Part shown: piece after piece, positions 26,638 through 38,056 of the stretch | Layout: the number at the start of each line of letters is the position of its first letter | Numbering within the stretch: position 1 is the stretch's first letter | Origin: Adineta vaga | Lineage: Eukaryota; Animalia; Rotifera | Length of the DNA: 64,000 nt | Reading direction: 5' to 3' | Assembly (NCBI GenBank): GCA_021613535.1 | Contig: CP075492.1 | Span: forward strand, 4,216,001 to 4,280,000 | Position numbers and translations under genes: made by a program | The notes under the pieces: generated by a model | The model's input: only the letters and a program-made list of their open reading frames with translations | Told to the model about the DNA's origin: nothing | Database searches by the model: none

Positions 26638-28047
26638 TCACTTTCGATGATGACCACTGGGTAAACCTGCAGTAGGCATCTTACTTGGATCTTGTTTTTG
26701 TTTTTGTTTCGGATTATTTGAATAGTAGTCACTTCTGTTATCACTATGATGCGATTGCGAAGATGCTTGTACTCTTCCATGTGATGTTGATTTTGGTTGC
26801 GATAGATTACCGTAACCCATTATATCTTCAGGTAATTTTTTTGTTATTTGTTGAGCGTGTTGTGATACTGGTATACTGTGCTGATGTGACTGATAAGACG
26901 GCATCTGTTGTTGTTGTTGTTGTTGAGTAGAAGAAGAACCACCTTGACTTCGACTACCTTCGAAGCATAGCCATTGACCGATACAAACAAGCAAATTACG
27001 CGCATACAGCTGACCTCCCCAGCGGCGAAGAACAACTGATGCACCATAATATGCACCAGCTAGTTGCCCATAAACCGCAGCAGTTGTGTCAGTATCATCT
27101 CCAAGATTTACCGCATTTAGAACACCGTTTTCAAAATTGTCACCATCCGACCAAAACGCCCATAGAGCAGCTTCTAATGTGTTGATAATGTAGTTTTTAC
27201 CGCGAATGCCATCTTCATAACCACGTTGTTTCTTGAACGATCCTTTAGCTACAGAGATAACGTCAGGATGCAGCTGCCGAGATCCAAACCATGTTGTATG
27301 ATTTTCGACAAATTTTTCATCTAACAATTCCTTTTTAGACGTTCCTTTGATTGCGGCAACAAGTAAGGCAGCAAAATAACGGCAAGCATCAGCAGCTTTA
27401 GGATCACCATGCGTCAGAAGAGCACTCTCACCTGCCAGATGAACAGCACGCTCCGGCTGCCGATAGAAGAAAAGTGGAACAGGTGCAAGACGCATCAGAG
27501 CTCCATTACCAGCTTGTTCTGCTCCGCCACAGAACTCACTGAATCCTTTTACATTTCTAACTTCTTCCAATGGTAAATTATCAATCTGTTCGTCACTTGC
27601 ATTTCGAAAATGTTGCTTAAGTACATTTTGTCGTCGACAGAACTCTTCCAAAGCTGCACGAGTACTATTACCAATGTCAAAACATTGTCCCGTTGATGAC
27701 AAATATCCTTTCTTATACCACCATTTATAACGAACCATTTGATCGTATGTATTAAATCCACGTTGAGTTAGAAGCGACGAAGCTAAACATAGAGCCATAG
27801 AAGTATCATCGGTCCATTGTCCAGCTTGAAGACCCCATGTTCCACCACCTTGCATATCTCTAACAGGATGGTCTACAAGATACTGACGCGGACGAAATTC
27901 AACACTAGCTCCAAGTGCATCACCTATAGCGAGACCAACAAGAGATCCAACAACTTTCGCTTCCTCTCTGGGTGATGTCTGCTGTGCAGTTGATTGGCAG
28001 GAAATATTAGCAGGTAAGATACGAGCGTCAGGATGTGGAAATTGCAT
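26638..28047 (-). CDS. ADP-ribosylglycohydrolase (ARH/DraG family), copy 1
   Basis: GLAIGDALG, WTDDT, CFDIG, AGNGALMR, LTH, NLGDDTDTT motifs. Q/S/H-rich disordered C-terminus. CDS has no introns. Confidence 0.93.
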   Translation of the reverse strand: MQFPHPDARILPANISCQSTAQQTSPREEAKVVGSLVGLAIGDALGASVEFRPRQYLVDHPVRDMQGGGTWGLQAGQWTDDTSMALCLASSLLTQRGFNTYDQMVRYKWWYKKGYLSSTGQCFDIGNSTRAALEEFCRRQNVLKQHFRNASDEQIDNLPLEEVRNVKGFSEFCGGAEQAGNGALMRLAPVPLFFYRQPERAVHLAGESALLTHGDPKAADACRYFAALLVAAIKGTSKKELLDEKFVENHTTWFGSRQLHPDVISVAKGSFKKQRGYEDGIRGKNYIINTLEAALWAFWSDGDNFENGVLNAVNLGDDTDTTAAVYGQLAGAYYGASVVLRRWGGQLYARNLLVCIGQWLCFEGSRSQGGSSSTQQQQQQQMPSYQSHQHSIPVSQHAQQITKKLPEDIMGYGNLSQPKSTSHGRVQASSQSHHSDNRSDYYSNNPKQKQKQDPSKMPTAGLPSGHHRK

Positions 28048-28848
28048 TATTACAATAGTACTTTCAAAAATAATTCAAAGAAAATCTTACACCGCGTAGT
28101 CTATAATAAATTCGTAGTTTAATCGACTGAATTTTTTCCTTTCAACGATGAAAAAAAGCTAAGTGAACAATGTCTTTTCACGAAACGTGTTGTATTTTTT
28201 TTCTGTTGACTAAACTTTTTTCACAATCTCTTTTTTTCTGTTCTGCTTGACAACTGTGTTTGTCATATAGACACATAGTGTCTGATAAATTTATTCTTTA
28301 CGACCGACTGTCATACACTGACAAAAAATTTTACACGGAAGAATTGAATAGCCATAAATGAAAACAAAACATAATTCATCCTCATAAATATTCGAAGAAA
28401 AAAACATCAGAGAAGAAAGCTTTTTCTTCTCTAGTTTCGTATGTGGACTGAGGTGTTGCAAAAACAGGCGAACTTAAACAGATTCTTCTCTACATTTGCT
28501 ATAAAGTGACACAATTATTAGTAATATATTCGTAACAATGATGAATAAGATCACCATTTTACTTTTTTAGTTACTCTTTGTACTCAGTTTTGCAATTCAT
28601 ATTAACTGGCAAAAAAAAATATTTAAAGATAAGAGAAAGCTATTTATATATTAGAAGAAAGAAAAATAAAAGATAAATATTCGAAATTACACCATAACTT
28701 CAATATCTGATGTATTAGTTTCACAATTTTTTCAGTAAAATGACTATCTAATAGGTTTTTTTAATATCTTAAATTATTAACAAACACTTATTACAGATAT
28801 AAAACACGCACAGGATCTACTAAATAGCTAACATTGTCCTATAAGACA

Positions 28849-30498
28849 ATGTCGTCTTATTTATTTTGTCTTTTTCTTTTCTTACTTTATGTCAGTAGGA
28901 TATCAAGTGGAATAATTAATCGTCATACATTCAATTTCACTCTTGCTTATGCTGACAATTCCACATCCGTCTTACTTGTCAATAATCAATTTCCAGGTCC
29001 AACTATTCGTGTCAATGTTGATGATGTCGTTATCGTTCATATTCATAATGCTCTGCATACAATGGAAGAAGTAACAATTCATTTTCATGGTATGCTTCAA
29101 CGACAAACATCACATATGGATGGCGTAGGATTTGTTTCGCAAATGCCTATTCCATGTGGACGAACATTTACTCATGTTTTTCAAGCATTTCCCGCAGGTA
29201 CACATATGTATCATTCTCATGCAGGCTTACAAGCAGTAACAGCATTTGGTACAATTATTGTTGATGATCCGATGCGGCCATGGGAAATGCCAGAAGCACC
29301 ATCGGGACCAATTGCAATTTCGGATGAATGGTCCGGTGTTGATCGTCTTACACAAGAAAATGGTCTGATGGGATCACCATTTAAATGGGAAGGCGAACCA
29401 TCAAACTTATTGATTAATGGTCAGAAAAATTTCGTATTAACTCTCGATCCGGGTCGAACATATTTGTTACGATTAGTCGGTGGAACAAGTCTATCAACAG
29501 TTGTCTTCGGTATTACTCAACATCCAATGACAGTTGTTGAAGTTGATGGAAAATTAGTCGTACCAAAAAAGAATATGACATCAATTGAGATTGCTTCTGG
29601 ACAACGATATGTGGTTATGATTCAAACAAAAAATGAATATACTGGTGTTTATGCAATGCAAGCATCGATACGATGGCGACTTTCTGCAGCAAATTCAAGG
29701 TAATGAAGAATTTATTTCTCTATAGGAATAAGAATTATGTATTTCAGTTGTATCGGTATTGTACGATATGGTTTACAATCAACAGTTCCAGCAAATGTTT
29801 CCTCTCTTGCGCTTCCATCTCTTTTCAACGAAACAGAATTACTTTTATTTTCCTTTCGTGAACGATATCAATCATTACTTCCTACAGAAAAAATGCCACC
29901 AGGAAACGAAGGTCGACCTGATCTTGAAATAGTTCTAGTAGCAACACAAGATTATACTGCCGATGGTAAAGGTATCCGTTGGTATACAAACAACGCTACA
30001 TTTGATATGCAGCGTTTGAAAAACTTATCAACACCATTACTCATGGATCTATATAATGGAAATGAGCAAAATCTTCCACAGGATGTTGTTTATACACTCG
30101 GAAACAATCAATTAGTTGATATTGTTATTCAAAATACGGTAGCATTAAATGGTGTATGTGAATCACATCCAATGCATATGCATGGACATAAATTTTGGAT
30201 ACATTCATATGGAACTGGTTCTTATAGTCCGGAGGATAGTATTTGGCCAAATACACGGGATCCAGGATTACGTGATTCATTGATGGTTTATGCAAGTTCC
30301 TATGCCTATTTCTATCCGAATCGAAATGTAAGTAATCATCGAAAACCATGTGGATGGACAAAATTACGTATGATTGCAAATAATCCTGGTTTATGGATGT
30401 TTCATTGTCATATTGGTGCACATTCATATATGGGAATGAATATTCTTCTTAAAGAAGATATTGAACATTTATCAATGATATATTTACAACAAAATTAA
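28849..30498 (+). CDS. Secreted multicopper oxidase (laccase/ascorbate-oxidase-like), 2 exons
   Basis: Signal peptide; copper motifs IHFHG, MYHSH, HPMHMHGH and FHCHIGAHSYMGM; intron at about 29700-29747. Confidence 0.92.
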
Positions 30499-30614
30499 AA
30501 TAATTCTATTTTGGGAAGCATGTGTCTTTTTATTTTCGATATAATGATTTTTTTTAAAAGTAATTAAGAAATGACGTCATTTCGAAAACGAAAAGCATAT
30601 TTTTCTTTTAAAAC

Positions 30615-31707
30615 TTAATCAAGATCAATACACATATTATCAAATGCAATATAAACATTCATTTCAAAATAGAGTCGATCAATATTCGTCCAATGTAATT
30701 GAAAATATTTTCCATAATATTTATTCAAACTAATTGTAGCTGAATAGAGAATACTACCAGAACGCATTCCACTTAAAGTCACTGTACTACTTTGATTATG
30801 TGGACTAGCAGCATAGAATGAATAAACTGAAAATGTATTTGTTACATTCGCTGATATTTCCATACTACCACCACCCCAATTATATGCATTGTATGATCCA
30901 CTAACAAGTGCAACACTATAATTCGTTGATAAACCTGTATTATAAACACTAACATTTCGCCAATTCAATCCACCATAACCATTGAGAAGATCAGCATTGA
31001 TAGCAGTTGATACATCATCGAAAGTTAAGAAATTACAACCTGTAAAGAATTGAGCAAATTTTGAAAGAAACAAAAAAAATTGATTATTGTAAAAACCTCT
31101 CACTGATTGAGAACTTGAATCGGTTGATGATTTTGCCATTGTTTGATCTGAAAGTAGAATGGAAGACAATCGAGTTGTTGAATAGAAAAATCGAATTACG
31201 TACACATGATGATTGATAGAAGAAGAGCTGTTAGAGCTAAACCTAAGGCGGATATGAGAAGAATAACGAAAAGGATTTTCTTTCCTTTCTGAAATCGACC
31301 ATTACTAAAAGCTATTCAATTATATACTGCATATTAATACAAATCATCGTCGCCAACCTTTTACTATTATTGAGCAATTGTTTTTCATCCGATCGGATTC
31401 TATTCGTCGTTGGTCGTCTACTTACAATTGGTGATTGAGGTTTTACAACTGTAAAAATATTTGTTGGCGATGATTCAACATTGGTAGACAGATTATGATA
31501 AGAATTAGTAGGTGCTTTTGTGAAGGATCTTGTTGAAATACATGCTCCCGAAATTGTTTTCGTTTTTGTTTTATGTGTTCGTGCTTGATGCTTCTTTGAC
31601 ATTTTCAAGTTAACTTTTTCTGCACTGACAGCACGACTAAGACTACGACTTAAACGTCTTACTTTGATATCACTCCAAGCAGAATGCACTGATACTATAT
31701 GTGACAT
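30615..31707 (-). CDS. Type II membrane protein with a C-terminal bacterial-like beta-sandwich domain, multi-exon
   Basis: Basic N-terminus (MSHIVS...), spliced TM exon (KKILFVILLISALGLALTALLLSIIMC), short stalk, then TFDD...GYGGLNW...VSGSYNAYN...WTNIDRL...FDNM. Confidence 0.62.
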
Positions 31708-32088
31708 GTCGTTGGTTTGTTCTAGAAATAATGATTGAAAATAAGATTCGTATTTATATATAAAACAATCAAACAAATATGGATGAAACATCAATATATA
31801 ATTAAATAATTAAGGTTTCCTTAATTGAAATATATAATTTTACATATACAAACATCTAATAATTGAATTTTGTTTGAATAAAAGGTTTCATGATATGGGC
31901 TGATCAATGACGGAAAATCTAATGAAAATTGCGATGCAAAAACCAATAAAATACTTTGATTTCTTTTAATAAGTAGCAATCGCATTGAAGCATACTTTCC
32001 AATCTAGGTGGATATTTAAAATCTCGTTTTCTTATTTATTTCAAAAATAAATTTCCTCTTCCTAGAATTCCTAATGTAATTATTTTAT

Positions 32089-33481
32089 TTATAATTTCGA
32101 TTTTGTATGTAGTGTCGTTAGATTTTCATTTTCTTTCTTCGACCATTGATCACCTTCATAAACAATCCATTTACTTATACATGTGATGAATGTTTTTGCA
32201 TAGATTAGTTCAGTCCATTTTGATGGTAATTTGGAGTAACCATAATATGCACCAGCTAATTGACCATAGATAGCTGCTGTTGTATCAGTATCATCACCGA
32301 GATTAATAGCAGCTAAAACTCCTTTTTCAAATGAATCTTCATCGGACCAAAATGCCCACAATGCAGCTTTTAAACTATCAATAACATAACCTTTTCCTCG
32401 AATACCATCTTCGTATCCATTCTTTAACTTATAGGATCCTCGAATAATTTGCATGACATCATCATGAAGAGGGATATTACCGAACCATTTGATATGTTGT
32501 TCGTAAAAATCATCTTGTAACAATGAAGATTTCGGTTCACCATGAAGTGCAGCTACAATAAGTGCACCGTATAATCGACAAGCATCTACGGCTTTTCGAT
32601 CACCATGAGTTAACAGATTACTAACAGCGGAATATTCTACAGCTTTCGACGGATGTTTCCAGAAGAAAAGTGGTACGGGTGCTAAACGCATAAGACCTCC
32701 ATTCCCAGCAGCATCCATCTTTCCACAATATACATGAAAATCCTGTAAAACATTTGCGTCCGATAAGTGATCTATATATTTGCTAGGAAGTTTTGATTTT
32801 TTCATAAATTTTTCTTGACGTTTTTCAAATTCATGTAGAGATTGTCTAGTAGAAGAACCAATATCAAAACATTCTCCTGTCGATGACATATAACCATGTC
32901 TAAACCACCATTTATAACGAACTAATTGATCATATGGTCGAAAATCGTGACAAACAATCAATGAAATTGCCAAACAAAGTGCCATCGAAGTATCATCAGT
33001 GAACTATATGTACATCATAAAAATATACTATGGTCCTTTTTGTTTTCAAGATCGAATACCTGTCCTTTTTGAAGTCCCCATGTTCCACCACCTTCCATAT
33101 CATTAACCGGATGTTCAACTAGATAGTCATGTGGTCTAAATTCAACATGAGCACCTAAAGAATCACCCATAGCTAAACCTATCATCGATCCTAAAATCCG
33201 ATCGAATACATTTTTATCAATAGGTTCATGAAGTTCTTGTAAAGCAGACTCTAATTCATGAGGTTTGACAATAATGCGACGATCTTCATCATGGTATCGA
33301 GGATCAAGCCAATGCATTTCTAAGTATCAAATTGAAACTTTATCAAACAAAACACACAAAAAGATAAATTACTTTCTTGAGAATATGAAGAAGGAGAAGA
33401 TGATACCGTAGTCTTGAAGACTAAAACTAACATTTCGATAAAGTTAAGATATATTATCAAATTCTTACATTTACATCCCAT
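32089..33481 (-). CDS. ADP-ribosylglycohydrolase (ARH/DraG family), copy 2, 4 exons
   Basis: GLAMGDSLG, GQ/FTDDT across an intron, AGNGGLMR, NLGDDTDTT. Short upstream exons give the N-terminus MGCKFFKTT. Confidence 0.92.
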
Positions 33482-33865
33482 AATCTTTTAGAAAGTTTTA
33501 TTCGTATTAAAAATTGCAGTCAACCGATGAAATTACTACCTTTTAATCAATATTAGATAGATTTATGTTCGCAGAAAAAACTTACCTTTTCTGTGTAAAG
33601 TCAAATATAAAAACGCTGAAGAATGAAATTCCTTCGTAACTCAATCATTTGTTGTCGCTCTTGTTTTTCTCTACGACATAAATAGAAAGGTGATGTTGTT
33701 TGTAACTCTATTCTTTCATTAAATGACGACAAATTTACGAGTCAATAATTCAAAAATTCTACAGGTGTATTAATCTACGTCAAGAATGATCAAATCAAAG
33801 AAAAGAAAAATCGAGACGGTGTTTACAATATCTAGTTGTTATAGAAAGAGAACAAAAAGTAAAGT

Positions 33866-34858
33866 TTATGATCGTCGTTGACAACGAGGTTTTCGTAAGA
33901 CAATTGTATTTCGAAAACGTTTGAAAACATTTGGACTTCGTTTAACCGAAATAAATCGAATGATTTCATTATTTGATGAAAGAAATAAAATGACTGGTGA
34001 ATGTAATTTAATACATGGACAATTTTTCAATGGAAGATCGAATTGAATTTCATTGGAATCGATTTGTTTAAAATATCGAACTTTATGTTTATTGGCAAAG
34101 ATATAATTATCTTCGGATGTTAATGATTGTTTAACAGGACGCGTACGAAATACAGTTGATGAACGACAATAATCATTGAGTAAATCACTAATACTCGCTC
34201 GTGCTTGACACATGGAACACATCTCTTTTTGAACGATTGTTGTTGATGGAATAGGAGCCATGGTCGTAGTTGTAGTTGTAGTTGTCGTTGTTGAAGCTTC
34301 AGAAACACATAATTCTGTATCTGCTGGATATTGATCGCAAGCAACTGAAAAAAGAGAATGTGTAGCAAGAATGTCAAAAGGAATTGTTTAATTACTCATT
34401 GTTGGCCATTTATATCCAAATTGAGTGATCATTCTCGGTTCACAACTTTGTTTGACTGATTCACAGAGTGTACGACATGGATATAGGAATCGTTTATTAT
34501 CATGTGCCATATTTAATATTGAATCTTGATTATTATCAAATGAAACTAACGTTGATTTTGTAGGTGTTTGTTGAAGACAAACAGGTGCTAGAATCGAACA
34601 AAGTAACAATCGTGCATTGGTATGACAACCCAAACTGAGAAGTGATTGCCATAATGGTAATTCATAAAGAATTTCCGTAATACTTTCGTGATTAAGTAAA
34701 TTTGGTAGATGCATTTGTGTATAACCAAGTCCATAGCATAGAGTAAAATTTGATGGAATTTCTTGACAACGATGAATATTGCCGGGAAGAAAGTCAAAAC
34801 CTTCAGTTAATGAACATGAGATAAGTAAAACGAACACAGCGAGCAGCATTCTCTTCAT
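33866..34858 (-). CDS. Secreted frizzled-related protein (Fz CRD plus netrin-like C-terminal domain), 2 exons
   Basis: Signal peptide; CRD (C..IP..FTLC.GLGY..MHLPNLLNH...CH...LLCSILAPVC...PCRTLCESVKQSC...FGYKWP), poly-Thr linker, and a C-x2-C...YC...CPC...C NTR-like domain. Confidence 0.85.
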
Positions 34859-35475
34859 GAATGAATGTTGATAAAAGTGAAATGAAAGAGAAAATGATTG
34901 TTAATTGAGCGGCATATAACTCAACTTCAATCGACAAGACAAGTGCCTTCAAATTTTTTTCTTCTTCTTCTTCTTCTTTCTCTTCTCCTGTCTGCACTTG
35001 ACTGAATAGCCTCTATACTCATTTCTTTTTCCTTTTAACAAATCACTCAATTGTTAATAGGAAATTTTTCTCGCATCGTATAACAATAATTGACTTTGTT
35101 GTGTCTTTAGTTTTATCTAAGAAGTCGATGAACTGAATACAACAAACGATTAGTCATACATTTCAATTATCTAAATAACAAATAACTGTGACAAGCATTG
35201 ATTGATAATTAACCATCAAATATGAATGTGAAAAGGCTTTTTTGTTCTTTCGAAAAAATTTTACATAGAAATGTCGGAAGATTCTAGACGTGATCTTCTA
35301 TCTAATCTATTTGTCGATGTATATTGATTGACATTAATTAATCATTATAATATCCATCGATAGATAAGTAAAGAAATATATTTGTTTCTATGGAACTGTA
35401 TCAAAGATGAAGTATCAATATAACTACAAATATAATACAGCTCGTTAGTCTAGTCGTGTTTTAGTTACAGAAATA

Positions 35476-36180
35476 ATGGCAAGCGAAGAGATTTCAAATA
35501 TGTCGAATAATTCTATTTCGCAGGATATATATATTAATATCAAACAAACACATAAATATATGTTGAATACATTTATCTCGCTTTTGGTAAAGAATATTCA
35601 AATTCAGAATGATATATTCAAGAGAAGTTTGTTTTTCTTTCGTGAATATTTAGATACTTGGTTTTATTCATTTACCATTGAATACATATTCGTTATTGAT
35701 TTATGATTCAACATGTTCGATTATGTATTACCGACGAATCTATATTATGATCATCAATATCATCTTGATTGGTTTATATGGACTTGGTCTCTGTGTTCTT
35801 CATCGACATTCTCGAATAGGATTACTTACAGTAAGATTGATTGATAACTTTAGTTTAAACTTCAATAAATTCATTGAATTCCTATAGTTTGCTTGGTTAG
35901 TTGCAATTCTTGATATACTTGCTACTCTGACGGTCTTATCACTTCTCTTTATCATTATTTTTTTAATGACGCCAATATCAGTTTATTCAGTCGAAATATT
36001 TACTGGTCTTTTTCTCTTCATAATTCTGTCAATTATTGGATTTATCTACATGGTAATTTGAAATTTGAATGTTCTAACGAAAAAATTCTATTTTCTTTTC
36101 AATAGACAATTTCAATTCAACATGCACTTCATCTGTCCAAACTATTCAAGAATAACAGACAACTTATTACTGAGATTTAA
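35476..36180 (+). CDS. Small multi-pass membrane protein of unknown function, about 4 exons
   Basis: Exons joined by GT-AG introns (after 35586, about 35832 and 36052) encode four hydrophobic segments. Stop TAA at 36180 followed by AATAAA. Confidence 0.55.
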
Positions 36181-36386
36181 CTTTTTACCCTATATATTTT
36201 TTATTTCACTAATAAAGCACTCGCGATGTGTTCAAAACAAATGTGTAACATTTGAAATGATTATATAATTGTGTACGATATATTATATAATCATTTTCTT
36301 TTTCTAACACACTTTTCTATGATAACAAAAAACGAACTGATATAAACAACACTTCTTTTTCTTGCTTTCATCAGTATTGATATAGA

Positions 36387-37704
36387 ATGCAGTTTCATCA
36401 TCAACTTGTTTTATTTGTGTGTGTTCTTCGTTGTCTCCAACCAACGCACGGTGAAATTAAACCTGTATTAATAAATAAATTTGAATTGGCATATGCAGGA
36501 TTTTCGACACTTTTACGTTCATGGACATTGAATTCAACATCATGGACTTTATCGATCTCCTGTTTTAATCCAATTCCAAAAACAACAGATTATGTTTACA
36601 ATGTACCAAATATTGAACGGCAATTAACAACAAAAATTACACCAACAGTTGTGACTAATCAAATAGTATGGCCAAATGGTATTGTAGCTGCAGATCAATT
36701 AGTCGAATATTCAACAATTGTTCCAAGTGGTTTTCTTGTTCCTGGCAAAACCAATGGAAATTTATATTATATGTCTCAATCAGGACCAATAGCATTAGTA
36801 CCAAATGATGGAACACATTGGTTTTATCATGATGCTGCCTTCAAAGATATGGATGGAGATGGTCATATTGATATTGTTACAGGACGAGCAAATGTGCCAA
36901 TCATTGGTACGCCAACTACTCAATTGATTTGGTTGAAAAATCCTGGTAATTATACAATTACTGGTCCTTGGAAACTTAATTATTTATTAAGTGATGGTGG
37001 ACCCGATATTCAAGTTCAATTTGCTCAAATTAATTCAATAAATGTAACTTTTATCGATCCTATTCAATTCTCTATTATTATTTTTTTAAATTTTATTATA
37101 GGTACTCTTTGCTAATTCTTATTTTACGCGTAAACTTCAGATGTTTTGGTCTGATACAGATCCACTTTGGAATGATGCTTCTAAATTACATGTACGTCAT
37201 ATAGATTATCTAGCTGTACCGTATGCGTATGTTCAATTAACTATTGATCTTAATGGTGATCAAAAACCGGATTTACTTGTGACTGTAAATGATCAACATA
37301 ATGGATCATTGATCGCCTATGAATTACCATCTTCAGGTGATGTACGTCAAGCAAATTTTACTAAACATATTCTTGCCACTGGTTTTGCACCACGTACTCA
37401 AGCTAAAGGACGTGGAGCACCTGGACAAGCTGTAGCAGTTCAGTTCTATTCTCCATCTATTTCTCGAAAGAAACCTGTTTTAGTTTTATCAGGTGATGAT
37501 GATGGTTGTGTCTATCTATTAGAAGCTCTACATGATAATGATCCAACGAATTGGGAATATTCGAAAAAGATAATTCATCGATCAAGCAAATCAACAATTG
37601 GGCAAATTAGTATTGAAGATGTTGATAATGATGGACATCCGGAGATGTTCGTACCAGCTTATAATGAAGGCATCGTTTATATTTATCGATTAATAGATAG
37701 TTGA
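36387..37704 (+). CDS. Secreted FG-GAP/VCBS-repeat beta-propeller protein, 2 exons
   Basis: Signal peptide; three Ca-binding repeats DMDGDGHIDIV, DLNGDQKPDLL and DVDNDGHPEMF; WPN, GFLVPGK, WFYH and GAPG motifs. Confidence 0.8.
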
Positions 37705-38056
37705 AAAAGAAACGTTCTTTGAAAGTAATTTTTTTTTCTTTGATTTAATAAAGTTATTGCTAATGAAAGATATTCAAAAATGTATTGAGAAGATTCGTAT
37801 TTCTAAGAAAAAAATATTCATAGTCGATAAAAGAATCTTAAAGCCTCACAATTTCGTTTTCAACGGATGTTCTTCTTTTCTCTCATTCTCGTTTACTATT
37901 ATACTTTATTGAGCAGATCAATTATCTCTTTGCTTGAGAGTGAGTGTAGAATGAAGAGACATCCTCACCCTAGTTTAGTGTCGATTCAGATATTTTTCAA
38001 ATATATTTAGTAGAGATATTCATTTAAAAAGAGATACAAATGTAGAATCGTAAATA

